Assembly (NCBI GenBank): GCA_043228905.1
Contig: JBHGNT010000017.1
Location: 2,914,001 to 2,978,000 of the forward strand
Length of the DNA stretch: 64,000 nucleotides
Source: Azolla caroliniana
Lineage: Eukaryota > Plantae > Polypodiophyta
Direction: 5' to 3'
Of the stretch, positions 10,998-23,011 are shown one piece after another (the stretch's first letter is position 1; each line of letters begins with the position of its first letter). Position numbers and translations under genes: made by a program. Below the pieces are notes generated by a model. That model was not told the origin of the DNA. It was given only the letters and a program-made list of their open reading frames with translations, and searched no databases.

Positions 10998-12707
10998 GCG
11001 CAATTACGGTCTGTACCGTCATCATCTTGGCCACCGGGGCAAAGGTCTCCTCATAGTCAACTCCGTGTGTTTGTGCATAGCCTTTCGCCACGAGTCGCGC
11101 GTTGTAGCGGTTGGCGAAACCGTCGACGTTGTACTTCATTTTGTAAATCCATTTGCATCCAATCGCCTTTTTGTGTGGTGAGATGGGAACGAGATCCCAC
11201 GTCTCGTTCTTGCGTAGTGTCTGCATCTCCTCGTTCATGGCTTCGATCCATCGCAGATCCTTGGTTACTTCGGAAAATATTTCCGGCTCGCGTAGTGTCG
11301 CCACCTTCATCATAATGGCATAATGATATGCCATGTAGTCGTTGTAGCTGAATCGACTGACCAGATTCTTTTCACGGGTGGAGCGACGGAGCTTTTCATT
11401 TGCAGAGATGAGGGCTTTCTTAGCTCCGATTGGTACATCAAAACCGCCGAAGTCACTGTCGAGTGAGTGAGTCGACTCATCGTCGTCGAAGCAATCATCT
11501 TCGTATTCCGACATCTTCGGGCTAGGCCGTGATGTGCTTTCATCGCTCGGGGGCTCTTGTGGCCCACTTAGCCTTGTGGTAATCGGGCTATCTTCGAACA
11601 TGTCTTCGAGGCTAGCTCCACCTTCTCGCTCTTGTTCGGCCGGTTCCGCGTCGATCGGGGTCAAAGTCAGAATCTTCTCTGGTGCGTATCAAGATGCGGA
11701 TTCATCGAACACGACGTCTCGACTTACTCGAACTTTTCGGGTAGATGGGTTGTAGCATTTGACATACCCCTTTTGTTCGAGTGAGTATCCTACGAGGATA
11801 CATTTCTCCAACTTTGGATCTAGCTTTTGCCGCTTTTCATCGGGTATGTGCACGTATGCTATCGCGCCGAATATCCGGGTGTGCGATAAGTCCGGCTTCT
11901 TGCCGAAATATTTTTCGTGTGGAGTGAGCTCGTGCACTCCGGATGTTGTGCACCGGTTCATTAGGTAGACGGCCGTATTTGCAGTTTCGGCCCAATATGA
12001 CTTGGGCATATGCTTCTCCTTCATCATAGCCCGCGCTACTTTGAGGACGTGCCGATTTTTGCGCTCGGCTACTCCATTTTGTTGCGAGTGTGTCGGCAAG
12101 TGAATTCTCGCCGAATTCCTTCCTTTCGGAGATACGCCGTGAAATTGTCTGAGAAGTACTCCTTGCCGCCATCCGATCGAAGGCATCGTACATGACGACT
12201 AGTGGCTTTTTCAACTTCATTTTTAAACCTTTGGAAGTGTCCAAACACTTCGCTCTTTTGCTGCATCGGATAGAGCCACGTGTGCCTGGAGAAGCCGTCG
12301 ATGAAGAGCACGTAATATCGGCATCCGCCAAATGTAGCCGTTTGCGCCGGTCCCCATACGTCGGAATGGACTACGTCAAGTAGACTTTTGCTCACGTTCC
12401 ACTCTTTCGGGAATGGGTGTCGGTGTTGCTTTTCGAATTGGCACGCTTCGCATACACCTTCAATCTCCTTCTCTTTGAATGTCGGGAGTCCGATGACGAC
12501 TCCTTTCGATTTCATTGCTTTGAGTTTGTTGAGATTGATGTGGCCGATTCGCTTGTTCCATAGCTCCATGTCCGAGTCGGCTTTCGTGCTTTTTGCGAAC
12601 ATGGCGGATTCCCTCTCGTGTGAATCAAGAATGAACATCCGGCCCTCTCTTCTTCCGCGCACGATGATTCAGCCCTCTTTTTCGATCAAGCACCCTTCTT
12701 GATCGAA
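10998..12707 (-). pseudogene. Copia E integrase and start of RT
   Basis: WNKRIGH, CEAC, HSDVWG, RSDGGKE, NGVAERKN, ARLVAKGY in broken frames. Confidence 0.9.
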
Positions 12708-13183
12708 TCGTTGTCGCGATAATCCGCGACTGCATGTCGGATCCAGGCGGGACCACCGGGGTCATGGACCAGGAAGGGAGGAGTAGACAGGAACCCGAAT
12801 ACTCCGGAGCTTGCCATGTTGCCGGCAGGTTCGATCCCCGGTACTCTCTGGACGCGACCGGTAACCGCATAGGAAGTGAGAGAGCGCGCCCTCGTCCTTG
12901 CCTCCCCTTCCGCCCGTATGTACAAGGGGCACAAAAGAGGCTCGGGACACGGTCCGGTTAGCCGCGCCCAGGCACACGTTGTCGCGTTGTTATCCGCATG
13001 CGTGTAGAAGGGGTGGGACCACGGGGGTCTCAGACTAGGGAGTAAAGGTGCCGAGAAGACGATTCCGTCCCGGAAGCAACCGAAGACGAGAGAGAGAGAG
13101 AGACAGACAGAATGCGCCTTACACCGACATATTTATACATAAGAAACAGAGGGGGTGGAAACACCCGACACTACCAGAGACGC

Positions 13184-16173
13184 TATCGTGGAGAAAATTG
13201 TCCCTAGGTGGAAACCAAGTATAACGTGCGTAAACCAGCCCTTACACGTGGGCACAAGTTTTGTTGTGTAGTACGTAGGTAGGTACAAGTCGCCTGAGGC
13301 GAAATCCTAGGTAGTACACGTTCAGTAGGGAGGAAATCGATGCGTATCCCTGTCCGAAAGGACAGGGAATAAACATGATGTAACGAGTGGTAACAGCCTC
13401 CCTCCTTGGGTTATAAAAGAGAGGGAGAAGTGAGGGCAAAAGGGGGGGGGGGGGTTTGTGGAAGATGAAGTGTTGCCGGACTGGAACCGAGCGCTTCTCC
13501 TCTCCTCTGTTGTCTCCATAATCATTCTGTGCAGGTTTCGGGAGGCTGACTCTGTTCCGTGGGACGCCCGAGTGCTCCCGGCAGAGCCTCCATCTTGCGT
13601 TCTGTGTGTGTGTGTGTGGGTGTGTGCGCAGGCGTCGGAGCCCATCACTCGCCGGTTTGTCGATTGTAACACCTTGATTTATATATACATAAACATTCGT
13701 TCTATCTCCGTCTCGCGTTCTATAGCTAGTTGCAATACATGTGATTCTGTGGGTCTGTGCGCGGGTGAATTACACCATTAGTTTCCTTCCCCTTCCTGTC
13801 ATTCGATGAGAGCAAGTACGACGGGGAGTGGCTCCAGATCGGCGGGCTCCTAAAAACAATGACACCGGACGCGGCATGGACAAAGGAAGAGGCCAACCAG
13901 ATCCGGAAGAAAGCGTACCGATTCTTCCTTCAGGACGAGTACATATGGAAGCACCCGAAGAAGAGGGACGGCATCCCGCTCCGAGTGGTGGCGAAGAAGG
14001 AGGAACAGGAGGAGTTGTTGGAGGCCTACCACGAGAGTCCCTGGGCCGGACACCGCGGAACGTGGGCCACGTTCAAGAAGCTAAAGGGGAAGTACTGGTG
14101 GCCGGGACTGTACCGAGACGTGCATCGGTTCGTGACAACTTGCGAAAGCTGTCAGATGCACTCCATAGTCCGACACCGGGACGAGCTTCACCTGACCTAC
14201 CCTCTGACCGTCCACTTCAAATGGATGGTGGATTTGGTGACGATGACGATGGGGGTAGGACAGATGCGGTATCTGGTGCTGGCTCTAGAGGATCTGACAA
14301 ATCAGGTTGAAGGCCGAGCGTTGCAGAACAAAACAACCGCGGCTGTGTGCCGGTTTCTGATCGAGGACGTGATATGTCGGTACAGGAGCGTAGGAAAGAT
14401 CGTGGCTGACCGCGGAGAGTTGGACGCGCAAGAGGCTGAAGAGCTGTTTGATCGACTAGGGGTCAAACTCTTGCTCACCACAGTGTACAATCCGGAGGCT
14501 AACGGGAAGGTGGAGCGTGGACACGGGGCGATCGTCAAAGCGCTAGTACGGGCGTGTGAAGGCCATGTCGGGAATTGGCCACGATTGCTACCTTATGCCT
14601 TGTGGGCGGACCGAACTATGCACAGTTCGGTAACCAGGTTCATGCCGGCAGAGCTTATGTACGGACAGAGGCCGATCATGCCAATAGAGCGAACCATCTC
14701 CTCATGGACCACGGTGGACTGGAGAGATGAGATGAGCCAGGAGGAGCTACTAGCGGCACAGATTCGACAGCTCGAGCGAAGGCCGGAGGACGTGGAACGA
14801 GCCACGGAGAAGCTTCGGTTGGCAAGGTTGAAGAACAAAGGGCGGTTTGACCGGACTCACCGACTGCGACCGAAGAAAATCAAGGAAGGCGACTGGGTCC
14901 TAGTGTATAATAGCAGCCTCGACAACCAGCACAAGGCAACGTGGAAGTACGCGGTGACAGGCGCGAATGACAACGGGACCTACCATCTTGCGGAGCTCGA
15001 CGGTACGAGGATGGCAATACCGGTAGCAGGGAAGAGGGTCAAAGCGTTTAAGAAACGACACGAGTGCCAGCCGGATCTGGAAAGCATGGACGGTGACGAC
15101 GGGCGGTCCGAGGCGGATGACGATCCAGAAGATGAGGAGTAAAGGATGGACCGGTTTTCTCCAACAAGAGCCCAATTTTGGCGCATACCGGTGGATGCAC
15201 GGTTAGGTAGGGGCGGATGTCGTGAAGAAAACCGTCCCTAGGCGGAAACCGAGTTTAGCGTGTGTAAACCGGCCCTTACACGCGAGCATACTTTTCATTG
15301 TATGGTAAGTAGGTAGGTACAAGTCGGCTGAGGTGAAATCCTAGGTAGCACGCATTCAATAGGGAGAGAATTAATGTGATGTAACGGATGATAACGGCCT
15401 CCCTCCTTGGGCTATAAAAGAGAGGGAGAGGAATGGAAAGAATATCGCGCGTTAGAAAGGACGAAGTGTTGCCGGACTGGGACCGAGCCCTTCTCCTCTG
15501 CCAATCTCCATAGCCATTTTGCGCAGGTTTTCGGGAGGTTGACTCTGCCCCGTGGAACGCCCGTGTGCTTCCGGCAATGTCTCCATCTCGCTCTTCTGTG
15601 TGTGAGTGAACAGGCGTCGGTGTTCGCCTTGCCGGCCTGTTAGTTGTAACCGTCTTGATATATATATATATTTATATACATACGTGTTCATATACTCAGA
15701 CTTCTAGTCGTCTCGTTTTGTTGTGTTGTTGGACTGTGATTCCTATGTGCTCCCGTGTCTGCGCGTGTGCAAGAGCGTCCATTGCCTTTCCGTTCTCCTC
15801 CTTCTCAGCTATTTCTCGGTCCAAGACCCCGGTGGTCCCGCCTCGTTCTCCACGCGACAACAGGACACCCGACTACTCCTGGCAGAGACTCCATCTCGCG
15901 TTCTGTATGTGTGTGTGTGGGTGTGTGCGCAGGCGTCAGAGCCCATCACTCGCCAGTTTGCCAGTTGTAACACCTTGATTTATATATACATAAACATTCG
16001 TTCTGTCTCCGTCTCGCGTTCTGTAGCTAGTTGCAATACCTGTGATTCTGTGGGTCTATGCGCGGGTGAATTACACCGTTAGTTTCCTTCCCCTCCCCTC
16101 ATTCAGTTATTTCTCAGTCCGAGGCCCCGGTGGTCCCGCCTCGTTCTCCACGAACGCGCGTAACAACGCAACA
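13184..16173 (+). mobile_element. Composite deleted gypsy: LTR 13184-13804 fused to integrase, LTR 15218-15859, second LTR half 15860-16173
   Basis: TSD ACGC at 13180 and 16174; ~13562-13804 repeats at ~15863-16104; ATTC microhomology at the LTR/INT join. Confidence 0.8.
13859..15142 (+). CDS. Gypsy integrase fragment (HHCC, DDE core, acidic tail; no chromodomain seen)
   Basis: HESPWAGH..CESC, WMVDL, ADRGE, NGKVER; GPY motif deleted relative to the 53162-54793 copy. Confidence 0.88.
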   Translation: MTPDAAWTKEEANQIRKKAYRFFLQDEYIWKHPKKRDGIPLRVVAKKEEQEELLEAYHESPWAGHRGTWATFKKLKGKYWWPGLYRDVHRFVTTCESCQMHSIVRHRDELHLTYPLTVHFKWMVDLVTMTMGVGQMRYLVLALEDLTNQVEGRALQNKTTAAVCRFLIEDVICRYRSVGKIVADRGELDAQEAEELFDRLGVKLLLTTVYNPEANGKVERGHGAIVKALVRACEGHVGNWPRLLPYALWADRTMHSSVTRFMPAELMYGQRPIMPIERTISSWTTVDWRDEMSQEELLAAQIRQLERRPEDVERATEKLRLARLKNKGRFDRTHRLRPKKIKEGDWVLVYNSSLDNQHKATWKYAVTGANDNGTYHLAELDGTRMAIPVAGKRVKAFKKRHECQPDLESMDGDDGRSEADDDPEDEE

Positions 16174-17589
16174 ACGCGGATGTGCACAGCCAAATATATA
16201 TATATATATGTTACAACGGAAGAGTTACAACTCCGGCTCCGAGCCAGACAAAGGTAAGCTAGGTCGCAACAGCTTCTTGCAGCCAAGCCGCTGTCGGGGA
16301 GCTCTTGGGCTTGTCGCGCCGAGCAGGGTCTTACACAGGAGGCCGAGCCGAGGTAAACCTACAAAAGGGGGGGGGGGGGGGGGAAGATACTACCACGGCC
16401 GCAAGCCGGCTACGCTCAGAAGAAGAGAAGTTAACCTAACAACTTTGCCGCCATAGCTGCAGCTCGATTTCTCGAGAAGGAGAAGACAAAGAAGAAGGAA
16501 GAATGAAGCTAACCCTAGAAAGGAAAACACAAAATGGTATACCCTTACGAATCAAAATGGGCAACCCTTTCACAAGGGGCGCTCCCTTCCTTTTATAGAA
16601 CAAGGAGAGGGATGCGTTACAATGTGGGATAAATCCCGACTTACATGGGATTCTCTGTCCCGACTTAACTCCTATTATTCACACGTTTTTACAAGGGTAA
16701 GTGCACATGGTGCACACCGTCAATTCTCTCGATATTCTCCGATTCCGCCTAGGGAAGGTTTTCTCCACGACAACGCACACATACACATACACACCCGGTT
16801 ACGACCGGCACCTCTACACCGGTGACCACACATGCACCCTCTCTCGTATCCTACGCTAACCGGAAACACACACACACACATACACACGCGACGCTCGCTG
16901 CGACGCCAGTTCCACATGGAGAGGAAGAGGGGAGCCTACATCCTAGGGCCGTTTGGGGAGGTCTCAAGCTCATTCACGCAATAGGACCCTCGTGTAGGGC
17001 ACACCTCTTCCAGAACGACCGCCTCCTAAGCCAAGCCGCCTTTAGGGAGCGCGCGGGCTCGCTGAATCGAGTTAGGTCTTGCGCCAACGAACCACCTAGC
17101 GCGCGAGCTCTTCGCAAGCGACAAAAGCCAACACCCACACACACACAGACATACCGGACCGTGGAGCGTTGAGAATCAAAAAATAGGAGCTCAGGGGAGG
17201 CGCAGACAGCCTGCACGCCGCCTACCACAACCGAACACACCACCTACGCTCACATACAGATGGCACCGAAACCTAAAAAGAAAATAGAGACGACACCCAC
17301 ACCAAGATGAAGAGAAGACAAAAATAGACGTTATACACAGACACCAAAAATGGAACCCACAAAGGGGAACAATGAGGAACGAAACTGTTTGGGACCCAAC
17401 AGGTGGGAACCCCTTTACAAGAAGCCCCCTTGATGGCCACTTGCACGATCCTTCTTCAACTTCGGGTGTGCCTTTCCGGCCCGGCAGACCACTTCATGCT
17501 TACCTTGCCAGCCCTTCGGAAACTGTCACCGGCCGGTAAAGGTTTCGCACCCCCACTACCCATCTTGCCGGCTTTCGTTGTTGTCGGAT

Positions 17590-18070
17590 CCCGTTTCCCG
17601 CTGCCACCATCTTTCTCCTTGGTCTTACGTCGCCTCGCCGGCATGCACTGCCAAGGTCTCCGGAACCGATGTGGGGTCCCCATAGGACCAAGTCTCCGTT
17701 TCTGTCGTCCCTTAATCCGGGTTTGTCTTTTGTTTGAGTCACTCCCGACTCTCCTCGTGTCTTCCACATAGCCAGGTCCCGTGTCCTTTCACCACCGTCC
17801 TTCTCCTTGGTCTTACGTCGCCTCGCCGGCTTGCACTGCCAAGGTCTCCGGAACCAGTGTGGGGACCCCATAGGACCGTCTTTCGCTTTCCTCGTGACCT
17901 TGCCGGAAGGTCTGTTTCGGTTCGTGGCCGCCTCGCCGGCCTCATAACTCTTTGTTGTTCTTGCCTTCGTCCCCTCGCCGCCACCGTCCTTCTCCTTGGT
18001 CTTACGTCGCCTCGCCAGCTTGCACTGCCAAGGTCTCCGGAACCGATGTGGAGGATCCCTCTCCGGCCTC
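17590..18070. repeat. Three copies of ~80-bp unit separated by variable spacers
   Basis: TTCTCCTTGGTCTTACGTCGCCTCGCC.GC.TGCACTGCCAAGGTCTCCGGAACC at ~17613, ~17801, ~17990. Confidence 0.85.
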
Positions 18071-20115
18071 CTCATTTGATTCTTGACCTTGTCTTGGGTC
18101 GTTCCTTTCCGCATGTCGAGAGGGCAGCTTACTCCGCACCCTCTCCTGTGGTACCAATGTACCGACCAATTTCCCTTTCCGAATCAGTTATCCGGACACA
18201 CATCCTCCCGGTTATCGTCCGGGTCTATTTGCATCAACCGTTCTCGTTTCCCGCCGCCACCGTCCATCTCTCTAGGTCTCACGTTGCCACGTTGGCCGAA
18301 CTGTCGGAGTCTCCGAATCGGTGTGAGGAACCCATAGGATCGGTTTCCTTTATCCTCACCCACCTGTGTTTCTCTTGAACTCGTCATCCTTGCGTTCCCG
18401 CCTCCATCTCCCATCTCTCTAGGTCTCACGCCGGCTCTTGCTACCGGTTGCCGGAGTCTCCGGATGAGATGTGGGATTTTCCGGTTATTAGACAGCCGGA
18501 AGACAACTTGTTCCGGGATACTGACTCCCTAGCACCATCGGTGGGAAGCATCTGTTCTGTGATCAATCAAGCCCCGCCTAGGATTGATTCTCCAATGTCC
18601 AGAGCGTCGGACTACAGTGTCCGAAACCGTCGGTCTTCCTCTGTTCTCTCGATCACCAACATGCTGATCTACGGCCTTTGCCCGGCCGGTTTTTCTCCCC
18701 ATGTAAGAGAGGGTGATTTGTTTCGCACCCTCTCGCGTACCAGCACCGTCATGCCCCGCTTGGCCTCCGGCTCGACCATGTCCATCTCATCCGCTCGCCC
18801 CCTTGCCGTTGTGATGTCGTGTTGTCGCACGCCACCTTCGTTCTGCTTCGGGGTGACCGCGCTCTCTGAGCTGCTCGGAGCTCCTCCTCTTTATACTGGA
18901 CGGTCAAACCTTCGGCGAAACTCGTGGGACTCCGTCCCCATTGTAACAGTCGACTTCTTCGACCTCGCCCATCTCGATACGCTGCTTCTCAACTCCCCTT
19001 CTCGAAGTCTTCGGCCTCGAACTCCATCCTCCCTTGCCGCCCTTCACGTCGGGTTCACCAAAGATGTCGCGATAATCCGCGATTGCATGTCGGATCCAGG
19101 CGGGACCACCAAGGTCATGGACCAGGAAGGGAGGAGTTACCGGGAACCCGAATCCTCTGGAGCTTGCCGTGTTGTCGGCTGGTTTGATCCCGGGTACTCT
19201 CCGAACGCGACCGGTAACCGCACAGGAAGTGAGAGAGCGCGCCCTCGTCCTTGCCTCCCCTTTCGCCCGTATGTACAAGGGGCCCAAAAGAGGCTCGGGA
19301 CACGGCCCGGTTAGCCGCGCCCGGGCACACGCACACACACACATACACACCCGGTTATGACCAGCACCTCTGCACCGATGACCACACATGCACCCTCTCT
19401 GGTATCCTACGCTAACCAGAAACACACACATGCGCGCGCGCGACGCTCATAACGACGCCAGTTCCACATGGAGAGGAAGAAGGAGCCTGCATCCTAGGGC
19501 TGGTCGGGGGGGTCTCAAGCTCGTTCACGCGACAGGACCCTCGTGTAGGGCACGCCTCTTCCAAAACGACCGCCTCCTGAGCCAAGTTGGGGCTCGCTGA
19601 ACCGAGTTGGCTCTTGCACGCCAAGGAGGGGAACCTGCCAACGAACCACCTAGCATGCGGGCTCTTCAGAAGCGACAAAAGCCAACACCCACACACACAC
19701 AGACATACCGGACCGTGTAGTGCTGAGAATCAACAAACAAGAGCTCAGGGGAGGCGCAGACAACCCGCACACCGCCTGCCACAACCGAACACACCACCTA
19801 CGCACGCACACAGATGGCACCGAAACCCTAAAAGAAAAATAGAGACAACACCCACACCAAGATGAAGAGAAGACAAAAATAGACGTTATACACAGAAGTT
19901 TATAGAACAAGGTGAGGGTCACGTGGCTATGTGGGATAAATCTCGTGATACATGGGATCGTCCGTCCCGACTTTATTGCCGCTTAGCATCATAAAGGCGG
20001 CCCCCCCCCCATTCCCTTATACAAGTTTACAAGAGTGGGTTCACATGGTGCACCTTGCCGATTCCTCCGATATTCCCCGGTTTCTCACTATGGCCCGAAA
20101 TCTTCACGACATCGT

Positions 20116-21419
20116 ACCTGCATCCCTTGCTCAACCATTTGGCCGACCGAGACCAAATCCTTCGTGATGGTGGGAACATGCAAGACATTTTAAATGTATG
20201 TTTGCTTACCTCTTTCGCCGAACGGAACATTGCCGATGTGCCGAATCGGGTGCGTAGTATCATCTTCGGTTTCAACATAATTGGGTCACTCCGGCTCTCG
20301 AAGTTCGAGAAACCATTCTTTATGAGATGTCATATGGTTTGAGGCTCCGGAGTCAACAAACCATACGTCCTCCGGATACAGGGCACTAGTTGAGGTAGAG
20401 GCCGACATAGAGTTTGCTCTATGTTTCATCATGAACATTCCGCCACGGTCGGAGTTGTGTGCAAACATTCCGCCACGATCTTCGTAGTCGGAGTTGTGCC
20501 TGTACATTCCGCTATACTCTTCGTAGTTAGAATTGTGCGCGTAATTCGTGAGTTGTCGACTTGTGGAAGCTGATTCGCACATCTTCTTTCGGCACTCTTC
20601 TTCGTGGTGGCCGAGCTTTCCGCAATATCCGCATTCGGTTGCGTTTTGACAGCTCGGGCCGGAGTGGAAGCTCCCCCTTCTTGCGAAGGTTCCTCGTTGG
20701 CTTCCGTTTTGCGGCCGAAATTGGGAGTTGTTGTTGTAGGTCGGACCTCGTCCACCTTGTCCTTGGTCGAATCGGCCTCTCGCTCGTCCGCGTTCTCTTC
20801 CTCCATTCGAGTGCGTGTAGAGCATGTGACCTTCCGACTCATTGCTCCTTGTACGCACGTGGTTTTCTTCGACCAATAGCATTGATTGGAGCTCGAAGGA
20901 GGGAGATTTCTCCCTTGCTAGAACTGTGGTTCGCATCGCGCCGAACCGTGGTGCGAGGCCGCCGAGGCATATTTGCACCATCTCATCATAATCAATATTT
21001 ACACTTATCGAGCCGAGCAAGTCGCAAAGCTCCTTGATCTTCAAGGTGTATGTCATGATGGACATGTCCCTTTGTTGAATGTTCAACTCTTGGCGGAGTT
21101 GAAGCCTTCTTGCGGTTGTGTTAGCCGCGAAAATCTTTCGTAGATTTTCCCATGCCTCCTTCGGCGTCTTGGCTTCGCGAATGTAGCTAAGCATGTGATC
21201 GTGAACACATGTCACCAAGCAATACATCACACGGCTTGCGGCTTGCTCCCATGTCGCATATTCGAGAGCCATTTCGATGGGTCAGTCTTCGTGCGCTCCT
21301 TTGATGTAACTCCAATAGCCTTGTCCGACAAGATATTGGTGCATCTTGTACTCCCAAGATACGAAGTTGTTTCGATCCAACTTCTCGATAGGGAGAGCGC
21401 TCCCCATTTGAGTATTCAT
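20116..21419 (-). pseudogene. Copia E gag and protease
   Basis: EKLDRNN start, CGYCGKLGHHEEEC knuckle, WFVDSGASNHMT; frameshifted. Confidence 0.9.
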
Positions 21420-21964
21420 TATGTCGATTCTTCTTCTTCTTCTTCTTCTTCTTCTCTCTTCGAATGTGAGCTATGTAGCAAAGCTACGATAGCAATTAGC
21501 CGGTTCTTGGTTGTCGGCATAGGACACAACGCACGCAAATGGCCTAGATCGAGCTACCAAGTCGCTCTGATACCATATAAAGAATAAAGAGATAGATTCT
21601 GTGTAGCGGAATAGATATGAACTGTGTGTGTGTATGAGAGAGAGTGTGAGAGAGAGAGAGAGAGGAGTAAGACATAGAGAATACGCAAGGTAAAGTATAT
21701 AAACAAAGAAGAAAGACTCAACATTGTACAAGGTGGGAGGAGGTGCTTTATATAGTCACCCTCTCTCTTCATTAACTACAAGACTCATGGAGCATGGGGA
21801 ATGTGAAAGCTCATAAGTTATGTGTCATAGAATATGATTCTATGACTCATACTAAATGCTAGAATACAATGTGATGACATAATGGTGACTCTTGACCGTT
21901 GGAGTGTCGATTCACTCTCAAGGTGAGTTCACACACTAGACCAAGTTGAGCTTGATTCTCAACA

Positions 21965-22490
21965 GATGCATCATGAAGCAAGTGTCTTGCATCCCATCTA
22001 CCAAACCATTTTTCTAAATCTTGTATCCAACCGGAACACAAAATTTTGCTTTTATGCATCTTTTGAATCTTTTTGCTTGCTTCCCATACAATTCTAGGAA
22101 GTTGATGTGAGGGACTTTTTTAAACCTTAAGCATGTATTCAACAACCCTTTCCATGGCCATGATCTCAATGGGAAGAAATCCCATCTCAAGGAGGAGGAG
22201 GGCGTAGGGGGTTTGTTTCTTAACTTGTAGAAACTTTGTAAGAAAATGTTTTTGGACATTTTCAAACTCTTTCCACGTAGATTTAGGGATGCTAGCGCCC
22301 CATATTTCCACCCTATGGAGAAGAACTAGGGTCACCAAAGTGTCAAAAAAGATATTTCCTGAAATATTTGCATCTCCTAAAATATTTGCAAAAAGCACTA
22401 CATCATCCTCATATAACAAAAGCATAATCACAACATTCCCAATGGCAACTTCTTCAACACATTCTTCCTTTACAAACTTGGTAACCATTC
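21965..22490 (-). mobile_element. LINE (non-LTR) RT C-terminal fragment
   Basis: LLLYEDDVVLFAN (YADD-like), KSTWKEFENVQKHF; homologous to 27770-28430. Confidence 0.8.
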
Positions 22491-23011
22491 CTTTACAAGA
22501 GAGAGAGAGAGAGAGAGAGTGTGTGTGTGTGTCATTTGGCTACTCCTAAAAGGTTAGGTGGTGCAATAATATTGGATTTGGAAAGGCATTTGATGGATCG
22601 TTGATTTGCATTATTACGAGATATATGTCAACAAAATCAACCATGGATATCTATGATGCAATATTTTATTGAGCATGAAAGATTGTTGCATGGGAAAACA
22701 AAGATTCAAGCATCATAGTGGTCACTACTCAATGGAAATATTCCTCTAAAGATTCGACATTCTGTATGTGGACAACATTTGGTAAGATCGTGACAAGATG
22801 CATTATCTCTCTTTTTGAATGGGGGCCATGAAGTGATCGAGAATATTGGTTAGAAAACGTTGAGATATGAGAGGTTACTAAAACATGCACGTCTTTTTCT
22901 AAAATAATTCGAAGGGGTACATTTATTTCCTCTAAAATGTTTTAAAATAGGTAAAAACTAAAATGTTTATATATTTTTAATTATTCTAGCACACTTGACC
23001 AAGAGCTAGAT

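Larger units (their letters stand above)
12980..16772 (-). mobile_element. Gypsy solo LTR (12980-13183 + 16174-16772) nested in an LTR
   Basis: Ends TGTCGCG / CCACGACA; flanks ACGT / ACGC; related to LTR 43022-43784. Confidence 0.8.
12712..20111 (-). mobile_element. Degenerate Trp-primed gypsy-type element without pol (5' LTR 19065-20111; 3' LTR 12712-12979 + 16773-17340)
   Basis: TSD TCGT at 12708 and 20112; PBS 19043-19060; gag remnant VEEVDCYNGDGVP; internal repeats related to 51000-51600. Confidence 0.88.
10998..21964 (-). mobile_element. Ty1/copia 'E' (5' LTR 21576-21964, PBS 21564-21575), split by gypsy nest 12712-20111 and cut in RT at 10998
   Basis: gag/PR at 20116-21419 continues as INT/RT at 10998-12707 across the TCGT duplication; same family as copia C. 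Confidence 0.92.

Noticed and set aside
17590-18070. Repeat-spacer pattern resembling a CRISPR array
   Set aside because: Units are ~80 bp, degenerate and inside a retroelement; spacers are partly related; eukaryotic context with no cas genes.
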